The notes: generated by a model not told the origin, from the sequence alone. Positions 21,652-33,391 are shown, counted from the first letter of the stretch. The stretch: 64,000 nt of DNA from an uncultured Chloroflexia bacterium (GCA_963727755.1 CAVSHN010000008.1:541156-605155); one strand, 5' to 3'. Made by a program: numbers and translations.

Positions 21652-22215
21652 ATGGATCAAATACACCATAGAGATAAACCGCTAGAGAAAACGGCGAAGC
21701 TAACAGCAAAAGCAGGTCCAAAACCTTGGGATATAAAGCAGTACACATACCAGGAGCCAATAGATGATCAGAGGCCATTGCACGGTGACCCAAGGCTCGA
21801 GGTCGCACCGCAAAGTCACGGTCCGCACCAAGAGCAATTTGACAGCGACTTCTCATCCTCTGATGCTGACCACGAATATGGCTACCCTGTCTCCAGTAGC
21901 AGCTTCACGCCCGAATACTATGCTCGCACTTCCACCGCAAGCGATCTGGGGACTCTGGCAGGGAGTTTAAACGACAAAGAAATAGATGCAAAATACTATG
22001 GTCAGCATTCTCCAGACAACTCGCCGAATGGTCAGGGTTCATCGCGTGAAGCAACACGTAAAAAACATAGGCTGCTATATCCTCCTCGTAAATCACAACC
22101 AGCAGTTAGTCAGTGGCACAATCAACAACAACAACAAAAGGCTGCCGCCAGCAAACAGCGTGACAGTCAGGCTCAATCGAACAAAGGTCAGGCAAGCCAC
22201 CGGAAAAGTAAGTGA
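21652..22215 (+). CDS. Tandem-array paralog 3 (Gln/Ser/Lys-rich tail)
   Basis: MDQIHHRDKPLEKTAKLTAKAGPKPWDIKQYTYQEPIDD... matches the conserved N-terminal region. Confidence 0.55.
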   Translation: MDQIHHRDKPLEKTAKLTAKAGPKPWDIKQYTYQEPIDDQRPLHGDPRLEVAPQSHGPHQEQFDSDFSSSDADHEYGYPVSSSSFTPEYYARTSTASDLGTLAGSLNDKEIDAKYYGQHSPDNSPNGQGSSREATRKKHRLLYPPRKSQPAVSQWHNQQQQQKAAASKQRDSQAQSNKGQASHRKSK

Positions 22216-22328
22216 CACTTATATACAAGTCGAATTTTTCCAACGTTTCGTGTGCATGAGAGACGTTTAGACATTTAGACGTTTGCACACATACCATTGA
22301 GATTTATTCTTCAAGAAAGGACAAACTC

Positions 22329-22790
22329 ATGGATCAAATACACCATAGAGATAAACCGCTAGAGAGAACGGCGAAGCTAACAGCAAAAGCAGGTCCAAAA
22401 CCTTGGGATATAAAGCAGTACACATACCAGGAGCCAATAGATGATCAGAGGCCATTGCACGGTGACCCAAGGCTCGAGTTAGAGCTGCAAAGTCACGGTC
22501 CGCACCAAACTGACACCGACTTCAGACCCTCTGATGACTACGGATATGGCCACCCTGCCTTCGGTATCGGCTTCACACCCGAATTCGATGCTAGCGCTTC
22601 CACCGCAAGCGATCAAGGTACTCTGGCAGGGGGAGGATGTCTTGGTAAACCAAAGCCCCGCGATAGGTATCAGCAGCAGATGCAACGGGAGGCAAAGGCA
22701 ACTATGGATTATAGGATAGCTCGAAGAGAGTGGGAGGTGAAGAAAACAGATACGATGAACAAGAGGATGGAACGGCTACGGCCACGGTAA
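22329..22790 (+). CDS. Tandem-array paralog 4 (basic, possibly coiled-coil tail)
   Basis: Conserved N-terminal region as in paralog 3, then a KR-rich tail. Confidence 0.55.
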   Translation: MDQIHHRDKPLERTAKLTAKAGPKPWDIKQYTYQEPIDDQRPLHGDPRLELELQSHGPHQTDTDFRPSDDYGYGHPAFGIGFTPEFDASASTASDQGTLAGGGCLGKPKPRDRYQQQMQREAKATMDYRIARREWEVKKTDTMNKRMERLRPR

Positions 22791-23361
22791 GTGGTGGATA
22801 AAGGTCCTCCCGGCCTAGCAAAATGGGCATCCATTGGATTACCTTGTATCTATGAAAAAAAGAGATACGAGCACTCCACAAAAGATGGATGCCTGCGAAC
22901 AATTTTGCCCGAACTTGGAGTGCGAGTCAAGAGAGCAAATTGGACAGGGAAATATTGTCGGTCATGGCAGTAAGGTACTTGACGGCTATGAGACAACGAG
23001 AAAAAGCTAGATCTTCCAGATAGGAAACCGTCAGGAACCCGCTGGCTAAAGCCCTGACAATTATACACAAGTCTGATGAGCTTGCTTAGAAAGCGGCTCT
23101 CCAAGCATATTGCCACTGTGGAGCTTTCATAGAAGCTTCTGCATTGTGGACTAGCTTTTGGAGCGACTTCTCCAAAAATGTGTATAAAAATCAGGGCTAA
23201 AGCCAGGGGCTTGTGAGCAGCTCAACCATTGGTGGCAGAGCAGACCGCTTCTGGCGCGACTGACAAATCAAGATTCTTGTAAAATGTTTAGTGTGCATGA
23301 GAGACATTTAGACGTTTGAAAACATACCATTGAGATTTATTCTCCAAGAAAGGACAAACTC

Positions 23362-23838
23362 ATGGATCAAATACCCCATAGAGATAAACCGCTAGAGAGA
23401 ACGGCGAAGCTAACAGCAAAAACAGGTCCAAAACCTTGGGATATAAAGCAGTACACATACCAGGAGCCAATAGATGATCAGAGGCCATCGCACTGTGACC
23501 CAAGGTTGGAGGTCGCACCACAAAGTCACGATCCGCACCAAACTGACAGCGACTTCATACCATCTGATGACTACGGATATGGCCACCCTGCCTTCGGTAG
23601 CAGCTTCACACCCGAACTCGGCGCTAGCGATCCCTCCGCAAGCAATCAGGGGACTCTGGCAGGGGGAGGATGTCTTGGTAAACCAAAGGAGAATACGACG
23701 GAGCTGCAACGCAGGAAGCAACAAGGGCAAGACCAGATTAGGCGGAACACGCAACAAAGGTTGCAGCAACATAACAAGACAATAGAACAATTAGGGCAGA
23801 GGCGGCAGGAATATCGTGCGAAACGGGGAGCGCGGTAG
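23362..23838 (+). CDS. Tandem-array paralog 5 (basic Gln/Arg-rich tail)
   Basis: Conserved N-terminal region, then a QR-rich tail. Confidence 0.55.
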   Translation: MDQIPHRDKPLERTAKLTAKTGPKPWDIKQYTYQEPIDDQRPSHCDPRLEVAPQSHDPHQTDSDFIPSDDYGYGHPAFGSSFTPELGASDPSASNQGTLAGGGCLGKPKENTTELQRRKQQGQDQIRRNTQQRLQQHNKTIEQLGQRRQEYRAKRGAR

Positions 23839-23978
23839 TAGCAGGTAAGTGGTTACAGGTGAACTACCGTTTTGAGATAAGTCTGGCCCAAGCACAATCA
23901 TGTTGCTCAACATCTAGATCATTCTCTTGGTACTTGACGGCCATGAGACAATGAGAAAAAGCTAGATCTTCCAGATAG

Positions 23979-25168
<1,190 letters not shown>

Positions 25169-25191
25169 TAAGCATTATTAGGGAATCAGCT

Positions 25192-25983
25192 ATGCAAACT
25201 CCACCATATCGTTTCATTAATACAGGCATCTTGAATGCTGCGCTGAACATGGCCATCGACGAGGCTATTCTCATCCACCACCTCAAAGGAGAAGCGCCTC
25301 CAACATTGCGCGTCTTCCGCTGGTCGCAGCCATCGATTTCGCTGGGACGCTTCCAGAGCGTCGAGCGGGAGATCGAGTTAGATATCTGCCAACAAAGAGG
25401 TATTGCTCTGGTACGCCGTCCAACAGGTGGACGTGCAGTCTATCACCGAGATGAGTTCACCTATAGCATCGTTATGAGCAAACGGTATGGTGTGCCTTCA
25501 GGAATCGTTGCTGCCTACGCCTATCTTGCTCAGGGATTGCTGGCAGCACTTCGTCTACTTGGAGTTGAGGCCGAAATTAGCGATGAGCGTGTCAACAAAC
25601 ATCCTTCCGCAGCCTGTTTTGCCTCCTCAACCCAAGCCGATCTGACCAGTGATGGCTTCAAACTGATAGGAAGTGCCCAGATTTGGAAAGAGAACGCATT
25701 ACTGCAACAGGGCTCGTTACCACTTGATGACCGGGCAGCCGAGTTCTTCGAAATGCTACGCTATCCTGATGATACTGCTCGCCAAGATGCATTAGCACTC
25801 TATCATCAAAAAATGCAGCCATTGCATGCATTCAATCCTACAGCAACATGGGATGAGGTAGCTCAGGCTTTCCACAGCGGCTTCAGCACGTTCTTCCAGA
25901 GAACTTTTGAGCCGGGAGATTTGAGTTCCTCAGAGTGGGAACTTGCGCAGCAACTGGTAGAGGAGAAGTATTCCAACCTCTAA
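25192..25983 (+). CDS. Lipoate-protein ligase / octanoyltransferase family (BPL_LplA_LipB domain) protein
   Basis: Motifs RVFRWSQPSISLGRFQ, RRPTGGRAVYH and KLIGSAQ. Start moved to MQTPPYRF, downstream of the tgt stop. Confidence 0.65.
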   Translation: MQTPPYRFINTGILNAALNMAIDEAILIHHLKGEAPPTLRVFRWSQPSISLGRFQSVEREIELDICQQRGIALVRRPTGGRAVYHRDEFTYSIVMSKRYGVPSGIVAAYAYLAQGLLAALRLLGVEAEISDERVNKHPSAACFASSTQADLTSDGFKLIGSAQIWKENALLQQGSLPLDDRAAEFFEMLRYPDDTARQDALALYHQKMQPLHAFNPTATWDEVAQAFHSGFSTFFQRTFEPGDLSSSEWELAQQLVEEKYSNL

Positions 25984-26120
25984 TTCGTAGAATAACGAGT
26001 CCCATCCAACCTATCAAGGAGTACATTCGTACATATACAGACCAAGTCAGGCTATTTTGCTATACAATTGAGAAACACAATCTCAATATCATCAACTATA
26101 GGCCATTCAGGAGTCCAAGC

Positions 26121-26927
26121 ATGAGCCAGCAACAAGAGCTTATTACCATAACAAGCACGAGCAGAAAACAGCGACGAACACGTCAGCGTCGTAACCAGCC
26201 AGTGCTAGTTACTGACACCGAGATTGAGCATACGCCACCAGAGATGGATGGACTGACCATAGACACGGACAGTGAACAGGACACAGAAACCACAACTACG
26301 ACCGAGTCCACTCTGGCAACGAAGGCTAAGCCTTTAGCATATCTTCCCAAGTTCTTCTCGCGAGTCGATAAGACTGAACAGAAAGAGGAAGAAGTCGTCA
26401 AAGCACGGCTTGCCCGTGCCAATCACGACACTCTTAGCCGGGGCAGCAAAACATCGGTTGCCAAGACAAATACGAAAAACGAGGCAAAATTACAGACGAA
26501 GACACCAGAACGCAAAGAACCTCTCTTTAAGATACGCCACTTCGTTGGCATGACTATCTATCTCTTTGGAGCAGAGTTTATCTTACCCTATCAATTCGCT
26601 CTAGCACATCAGCTAGGCATGGACCGTCCTTTCTTCACAACGATCATTTTCAATTTCCCAATACAGCTTAGCTCGGCCATCTTCTTGAATATCGCCACAC
26701 TCATTCTCTTCCTCTATATCCTGGTCAAGCTCGATCTACTGCCAAACACCGCAAGTGCTAAACTTAGAGCCGAGCAGAAAGCGAGGGAACAGCAAGGCAA
26801 GCAAGGTCAGAACACAGCCTCAGCAGTGAAACATCTACCCCCACCGATGAAATTGGGCGTCCAGGGCCAGGATGATGATCTGTACAGGGCATACCGTGCT
26901 AATCAGCGCAGGGAGAAGAAACGTTAG
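26121..26927 (+). CDS. Hypothetical membrane protein (acidic Thr-rich N-terminus, two TM helices, basic C-terminus)
   Basis: ATG at 26121 after CAGGAG. No family recognised. Confidence 0.4.
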   Translation: MSQQQELITITSTSRKQRRTRQRRNQPVLVTDTEIEHTPPEMDGLTIDTDSEQDTETTTTTESTLATKAKPLAYLPKFFSRVDKTEQKEEEVVKARLARANHDTLSRGSKTSVAKTNTKNEAKLQTKTPERKEPLFKIRHFVGMTIYLFGAEFILPYQFALAHQLGMDRPFFTTIIFNFPIQLSSAIFLNIATLILFLYILVKLDLLPNTASAKLRAEQKAREQQGKQGQNTASAVKHLPPPMKLGVQGQDDDLYRAYRANQRREKKR

Positions 26928-27159
26928 TGCTTCTCCCACAAATGTTGGCTAAGTGAGCTTGCAAAACTCAAATAGTTCCCCGCCCCACTTGACAAGCTCG
27001 CTCCAACGACTTAAACTAAGAATATACAAAAGTGAGATAGCTGACGGTGCAGCTAAAAGTGTGCAGCTGTCTCTACCAGAAAGTAGCAATAACAACGTAT
27101 GGAACATATGCTCAGTCATTATACCCTTACAGGGTCGAAGTTTTATTATTGGTTTAGCC

Positions 27160-27252
27160 CTCCAGCATGATGGTGGGCCCTTCGGGCTGAGCAAAATTTG
27201 TCCACCAGCATGCTGGGGAAGCAGAGGAAAAAGTCCTCTGCTTTTTTGTTTC
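27160..27252 (+). promoter_or_regulatory. Structured leader with a terminator hairpin upstream of the DAHP synthase gene (attenuator or riboswitch-like)
   Basis: ccagcatgatggtgg pairs with ccaccagcatgctgg around an inner gcccttcgggc hairpin, followed by gcagaggaaaaagtcctctgctttttt. Confidence 0.4.
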
Positions 27253-27290
27253 TCTAAAAGTGTAGTGTCAAGAAAGGAAAAGACAAACAT

Positions 27291-28359
27291 CATGATTATC
27301 ACTATTCACAAGCAAGCAACAACTGAAGAACGTGCGCAATTAATGGCCCTTCTCTGCCGTATCACCGGCAGCCAATGTCCAATTACCACAACCACCATAG
27401 GTGATCGTGAAGTCATCGCCCTTGATGGACAACAAATCGATACTGCTACCACCATCGCTCTCGAGCAACAAAGCGCTGTAGCTCACCTCCTGCCTCTAAA
27501 AACCCCCTACCAACTTGTGAGCCGTGCATTTCAGGCAGAGACAAGTAGTATTCTGATCGGAGAAGCCCACGGAAGCTCTCTCGTCACCATTGGAAACGAA
27601 GCAGACCCAGTTATCATGGCTGGTCCCTGTGCCGTCGAAAACCATGAACAACTGCTCTCAATCGCACGAGCTGTCAAAAAAGCGGGAGCTACCGTACTAC
27701 GAGGAGGAGCCTTCAAACCTCGTACTTCGCCCTATCAATTCCAGGGACTTGGTATTGAAGGATTGCACCTGCTAGCAGATGCACGTGCAGAAACTGGTCT
27801 GCCTATCATCACCGAAGTGATGGAACCAGCAATGGTTGAAGAGGTCTCCCAGTATGCAGACATCTTGCAAATTGGAGCACGCAATATGCAAAATTACGCA
27901 CTTTTGCGCACTGTAGGGCAAAACAGCAAGAAATTGCCTGTACTGCTCAAACGAGGATTGTCAGCCACCATTGACGAATGGTTGCTAGCTGCCGAATACC
28001 TCGTCGCCTCAGGCAACCCCAACGTCATCCTCTGTGAACGTGGCATTCGTAGCTACAATTCACACACCCGCAACGTCCTCGACCTGACCTGCATTCCCCT
28101 CCTCCGCAACCTGACCCACCTACCTGTTATTGTTGATCCCAGCCATGCCACTGGACGCCGCGAACTCGTCCCAACCATGTCACGCGCCGCTATCGCAGCA
28201 GAAGCCGATGGACTGATCATCGAAACCCACTTAGACCCCGATAATGCTCTCTGCGACGGACGACAGTCCATCACACCGCAACAACTAGAAAAGATTGTCT
28301 ATGAAACAAGAGCAGTAACATCAATTGTGAAAAGAGAATTGCAGGCGTTGAGTGTATGA
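27291..28359 (+). CDS. 3-deoxy-7-phosphoheptulonate (DAHP) synthase, type I-beta, with an N-terminal regulatory extension
   Basis: Catalytic core is clear ([39 protein letters not shown]). The ~90-aa N-terminal domain is unassigned. Start at 27291 (MIITIHKQ) rather than the track's 26953. Confidence 0.8.
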
Positions 28360-28557
28360 ATATGATATGATAAAATGATCTAAAATAGAAAGCTGTGAAT
28401 GCTCTGTTTAGCTTATTAGCCTGCTTACAGTTAACAGCCCATTCATCCCCCGTCTTTCAAGCGGGAGATGAATGGGCCTACCTTTTATGGGGCTTGGGCA
28501 CAGGGATACTTTTGGGTTTGCCCTTGACAGACGTGTCTACATATTCCATGTCTATAG

Positions 28558-29440
28558 ACATGGAATACATTCATGATAACCACACAGTCCATTTGATTGT
28601 GTACCACATTATCTGGTGTCCAAGAAGAAGGAGGAAGATACTTCAATGGTCCAGTTGCTAGTCGGCTTGAGCAAATCATCCATGAAGTTGCAAATGAGCA
28701 TGAGATGCCCAATCGGTATATAACCGATCCTTTGAGCTTGGCCGTATCCCCATTCTCAAAAAGCCCTTTGCGCAGTGGAATAACCAGAATTGGAAGCTGG
28801 AGATGAGTGAGACCCGATCCCACACAAAAGGAGGTTTGCTGGGCACACTCATCATTCCTATTTGGGACGGCACCAGAACCAGACAGATCAAAATTGCCTG
28901 TTGTGGTGAAATACCAGTAGGTGAGAAGGGCATCCTCCGTATCAAGAGGAAAAGCGAGAAATGGGTAGCGGATGCCACAACAACACTACCAGATGTTCAA
29001 CCGTTGCCTCGTGAGATCGTCATGGGAGTGGACACAGGCATCAAGGTCCCAGCAGTGGCCTATATCGCTGGTCAATCCGCAAGCATCGCAACAAAGCAGA
29101 TGATCGCACCTATGAATGTAGTGAGTGTGGATGGTTTGGCCATAGAGACATTGTGGGAGCAATCAACATCAGTCGCAGGACTGGCCTTGATGGTGATAGT
29201 CAAGGTGCCACGGGAGCCTCTGAGCTGCTCAACCCGTGGAAGGCCACCTGGGATGGCCTCATCTGGAAAGCGATGATCCTGAAGGTGAAAGCAGTTGAAG
29301 GGGAGCTGAACCGGAACCCCCGCTCTTTTAAGGCGGGGAGATCTCAGACAGACCACCTGCTAACGTTCTATAGGACCTATGCAGAAAATCTGCCGCCGCA
29401 CCCGTTTGGCTTTTCACCATCGTCTGTAAAGTCATAGGCA
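28558..29440 (+). mobile_element. Degenerate IS200/IS605-family element (tnpA remnant plus internally deleted tnpB remnant)
   Basis: TnpA N-terminus HTVHLIVYHIIWCPRRRRKIL then VASRLEQIIHEVANEHE after a frame break. TnpB-like RuvC-I region IVMGVDTGIKVPAVAY (28803..29276) and a TnpB C-terminal AINISRRTG signature (29153..29437). The TnpB central region is missing. Confidence 0.5.
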
Positions 29441-29661
29441 CTTGCGATAATCTCTGGTGTTATGATAACATGATTGCTAAGGAAAGACAAGAGAATAGGA
29501 CAAAGTTCCAAAGAATTGTCAAGAGGAATCGAAGCTTCGCTACCTTTTCAGTGAACGTTTCCTATACTTTCTCTAAGGAAGAGTATTTCTTCTACGGCTG
29601 GATTTCTCCAACCACAACAGCCAATTGGTTGGAACAATTCCAAGGGCTTTGAGGAGGCGCT

Positions 29662-30235
29662 ATGCCAACACGTATCATTATTGCAGACGATGAGGCCATT
29701 CAACGCATGGATCTCCGCGATGTGCTGACCAAGCAAGGCTATCTGGTCATTGGAGAAGCTGGAGATGGGCAGAGTGCTATCAATCTGGCACGGGAACTGC
29801 GACCAGACCTACGTAATCATGGATATCCGCATGCCAGACATGGATGGCATCACTGCTACCGAAACTCTCACACAAGAAAAAATTGCTCCTGTCTTGCTGC
29901 TCACAGCCTTTGGAGATCAACAATTAGTTGAGAGAGCCAAAGAGGCTGGTGTAGTCAACTATATCGTCAAGCCCCTGCGCGAGAGTGAGGTTGCACCAGC
30001 AATCGAAGTCACATTGGCACGCTACAGCAAGTTTCGTGCCCTTGAAGAAGAGGCAAAGTCACTGAGTGAAAAATTAGAGACCCGCAAGGTGGTTGAACGA
30101 GCCAAAGGGCTCCTGATGGAAAAACAAGGGCTTTCTGAGCAAGAAGCCTTTCGCAAGATCCAGAAGGCGAGCATGAATAATCGTAAATCCATGCGCGAAG
30201 TAGCCGAGGCCATCTTATTGGCGAATGAAATGTGA
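29662..30235 (+). CDS. ANTAR-domain response regulator (AmiR/NasT family), frame interrupted
   Basis: REC domain (IIIADDE...VIMDIRMPDMDG...LLLTAF) plus ANTAR (ETRKVVERAKGLLMEKQGLSEQEAFRKIQKASMNNRKSMREVAEAI). ORFs 29662..29931 and 29750..30235 join at about 29810-29814, which is not a homopolymer. Confidence 0.75.
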
Positions 30236-30318
30236 CGATTATTAAACTATGAGAGGTTCATCCCTGCCTAATGCAGAACAGGGATGAACATTCTGTTGTT
30301 CTCTAAAGATAGAAAATA

Positions 30319-31218
30319 ATGTCTTTGACGACGAGCGTAGAAAAAAACATTATTGTCGTCGGCGTACGCTTTCGGCCTGCTGGTCGTATTTATTATTTTG
30401 ACCCACAGGACCAGTCTTTCACAAATGGCCAGTATGTTATTGTAGAGACGACACGAGGAGTTGAGGCAGGTCGCGTTGTAATTGCCTCAAAAAAGGTTGC
30501 CGAGAGCGATCTCAGCGATCCTCTTAAACCTGTGCTACATCTAGCCACAGAGGATGAATTGCGCACCATGCTCTCGTTTAAAAGCAAAGAGAAGGATGCA
30601 CTGATACTCTGCCATGAACGTGTCCTACAACATAATCTTCCCATGAAACTGGTAGAATCCGAATACAACTTTGATGGCAGTCGACTCACCTTCTACTTTA
30701 CTGCCGATGAACGCGTCGATTTCCGAGCACTGGTACGTGATCTGGCTGCTATTTTCCGTACCCGCATTGAATTGCGGCAGATAGGAGCACGCGATCAGGC
30801 CAAACTGCAAGGTGGTATCGGTTCTTGCGGCAAAACCCTTTGCTGTAGTTCCTGGATCACCGACTTCGGCATTGTTTCAATTAAAATGGCAAAAGAGCAG
30901 GGTCTTCCTCTTAATCCTACAAAAATATCTGGCGTGTGCGGTCGCCTAATGTGCTGCCTTTCTTACGAAAATGATAACTACATCCAGGCAAAACTGCTGA
31001 TGCCCCAGATCGGCTCCTTGCTCAATACCCCCAGCGGTATGGGCAAAGTCGTTGGAATCAACGTACCACAAAACTCAGTGGAGGTTATGCTCAAAAGTGG
31101 CGTTACCATTCATGTGCCTGTTAATACACCAGAACGACAGAGCAATAGAGGCTCCTGCTGTAATAGCAAGAAAGGTAGCAGCGGTTGCGGGTCTTGCGAT
31201 CTCAAGAAAAAACGGTAA
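30319..31218 (+). CDS. PSP1 domain protein (RicT/YaaT family)
   Basis: PSP1 C-terminal region with the conserved Cys cluster (GSCGKTLCCSSW, VCGRLMCCLSYEND). Confidence 0.7.
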   Translation: MSLTTSVEKNIIVVGVRFRPAGRIYYFDPQDQSFTNGQYVIVETTRGVEAGRVVIASKKVAESDLSDPLKPVLHLATEDELRTMLSFKSKEKDALILCHERVLQHNLPMKLVESEYNFDGSRLTFYFTADERVDFRALVRDLAAIFRTRIELRQIGARDQAKLQGGIGSCGKTLCCSSWITDFGIVSIKMAKEQGLPLNPTKISGVCGRLMCCLSYENDNYIQAKLLMPQIGSLLNTPSGMGKVVGINVPQNSVEVMLKSGVTIHVPVNTPERQSNRGSCCNSKKGSSGCGSCDLKKKR

Positions 31219-31279
31219 AGCAAATAAGCACCCCATATGGCGTTGAGTTGAGCTGAGCTGAGCTGATAGGAAGGAAGGT

Positions 31280-32722
31280 ATGCAATATATGTCACCAGAC
31301 AATAAAGAACCAAAAACAGGAGGGCAAATTCCCACCAACGCCGACTCACTCGATCAACAACAAATGGGACTCTTTCCCAGTACTCTTACTTCTAGAGAGC
31401 TAACAAATAACGAAATCAACGCCTCTACTGAGTCTGATGATCTCCACAAAGAACTATGGTACATCATCAAACTCATCATCCTCCCATTACTCTTTGCTGG
31501 CATCTCATGCTTGCTAGTGCTTCCATCTATTGCCACCGGGCAGGCCAAATTCCCATCAGAAACGCTGTGGCCAATTGCCATCACTATCATCATTGTTGCC
31601 CTCTTGCAAGGAATTGCAGTCCACTACACCAAAGACGTATTCGGTGCATGGATACTGTGTACAGCAGGCAGCTTTGTGCTCCTGTTGTCAATTAGTACTT
31701 TTGCTCTGTTCGGGGCTGGACCAGGCATTTTTTTAGTGCTGGTACTGCTCGCTTCCACCTCTTATATGTTACTGCGCATCATCCATCCAGTACATGAAGA
31801 AGTGGTCGATATTGTGTTCTCTTCTGGGGAGTACAAACGCACACTCTACAGTGGTTTTAACCTCCTCTTTCCCTGGGAGAAAGTGACACATCAAATTAAT
31901 GTGCAAGAGACCCATTGGAACTGTCCTCCACAAAGAATCCAACTATCGCAGGATGAAGACGTTATACTGCGAGCATTGATCTCATACCAAGTTATACCCC
32001 AAACGGCCCATTTGGCAGCAACCCAGGTCGGAAATTGGGAAGAAAGCCTACGAGACATATTCATAGCCACCTTGCAAACCGTCGCTACCGTCTTTACGCC
32101 AGACGATTTCGTGAACTGGCCCCGTAGCTTACACGAGTACCAGAGCCAGCCCCACCATCCTGTCTCTGGCTCACCAGCAGATGACTTTAGCGAAAGCGCA
32201 GATCGCCGTGAGAGCATCAACGACTATTTATGCCAGTTTACTCGTGCTAGGACAACACACTGGGGTGTGCAGATCAACTGGGTCAATATTCGCGATATTG
32301 AATTGGTACCACACAGTCTTGCTACAGACATCAATCCTCTTAGCCAGATAGTCACCAAGCAACAGCATCTGCCAGAAAGTTCTTCACTACCAGAACAAAC
32401 TCCACAGCTGGTCCAGAAGATTGAAACGACTGAACCTATGCCGCAAGCCTTACCAGTCCTAGTCGAGGAAATGGAGCCAATCAAATCAACGCAGATTCCC
32501 ACGGAAATTCTCAGTGAAGAGATATTGATTAGAGCCTACAAAGATGTCCAGCAAGGCAAGATCACTGACCCTGAAACAATTCGCATGATCGCAACAAGAT
32601 TTGAGGCCGTGGCACGAGATACTCAAGCTCGCCTATCAGTCAGTTTCGACGCAGAGCGTGCAGCCCACAATCTGTATAAACAAGCTCATAAATACGAAGA
32701 AATCTACGCAAAAGAAACTTAA
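31280..32722 (+). CDS. Hypothetical membrane protein (possible SPFH/band-7-like central region)
   Basis: Several TM helices at the N-terminus. The central region only weakly resembles SPFH. C-terminus is acidic and Gln-rich. Confidence 0.35.
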   Translation: MQYMSPDNKEPKTGGQIPTNADSLDQQQMGLFPSTLTSRELTNNEINASTESDDLHKELWYIIKLIILPLLFAGISCLLVLPSIATGQAKFPSETLWPIAITIIIVALLQGIAVHYTKDVFGAWILCTAGSFVLLLSISTFALFGAGPGIFLVLVLLASTSYMLLRIIHPVHEEVVDIVFSSGEYKRTLYSGFNLLFPWEKVTHQINVQETHWNCPPQRIQLSQDEDVILRALISYQVIPQTAHLAATQVGNWEESLRDIFIATLQTVATVFTPDDFVNWPRSLHEYQSQPHHPVSGSPADDFSESADRRESINDYLCQFTRARTTHWGVQINWVNIRDIELVPHSLATDINPLSQIVTKQQHLPESSSLPEQTPQLVQKIETTEPMPQALPVLVEEMEPIKSTQIPTEILSEEILIRAYKDVQQGKITDPETIRMIATRFEAVARDTQARLSVSFDAERAAHNLYKQAHKYEEIYAKET

Positions 32723-32896
32723 GCACATAGTAGGATCGCAGAATACACAGTTACCTTTTGGGGGATCAAACTGGAAACCTGTTGCGGAATGCGCTACAAT
32801 GCCTATAGAGAAGGCTTAGAAGAAAGTCCTGCCTGCGGGCAGCCTTTCTTTCCTCCCATCTCCTCAACGAGACGGGCCCCTAGAAAGGATTTTTTT

Positions 32897-33391
32897 ATGG
32901 CAGGCGATTGCTCCTTTGATATAGTTTCGCAATTTGACGAACAAGAACTGGTCAACACACTCGACCAGACACGGCGCGAAGTACAGACGCGCTATGATTT
33001 GAAAAACACAAAGACAGAAATTACGCATGATAAGAGTAGTATTACGATCGTTACTGATAGCATGCTGACATTGAAAAGTGTACGTGATGTCCTAGAGAGC
33101 AAAGCAGTACGTCGCAATCTATCACTCAAGATCTTCAAACCCGGCAAAGAAGAGAATGCAGCCGGAGGCCGGATTCGTCAGGTCATCCAGTTACAACAGG
33201 GCATCTCACAAGAACTGGCCAAGGAGATCGGTAAGTTTATTCGCGACAGCCACCCGAAAATGCGCACCCAGATACAGGGCGATGGCCTACGTGTACTAGG
33301 CAAAAGCCGAGATGAACTACAGGCGGCCATTGCCAGCGTCAAAGAAAAGGATTACCCAGTACCACTCCAGTTTATCAATTATCGTAGCTAA
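32897..33391 (+). CDS. YajQ family nucleotide (c-di-GMP) binding protein
   Basis: UPF0234/YajQ-like sequence over its whole length. ATG at 32897. Confidence 0.75.
   Translation: MAGDCSFDIVSQFDEQELVNTLDQTRREVQTRYDLKNTKTEITHDKSSITIVTDSMLTLKSVRDVLESKAVRRNLSLKIFKPGKEENAAGGRIRQVIQLQQGISQELAKEIGKFIRDSHPKMRTQIQGDGLRVLGKSRDELQAAIASVKEKDYPVPLQFINYRS

Noticed and set aside
20364-23790. Alternative-frame and antisense ORFs inside the paralog array (20364..20582, 21241..21465, 22479..22685, 23410..23790 and others)
   Set aside because: They overlap the better-supported paralog genes, which have a conserved start context with an AAAGGA RBS.
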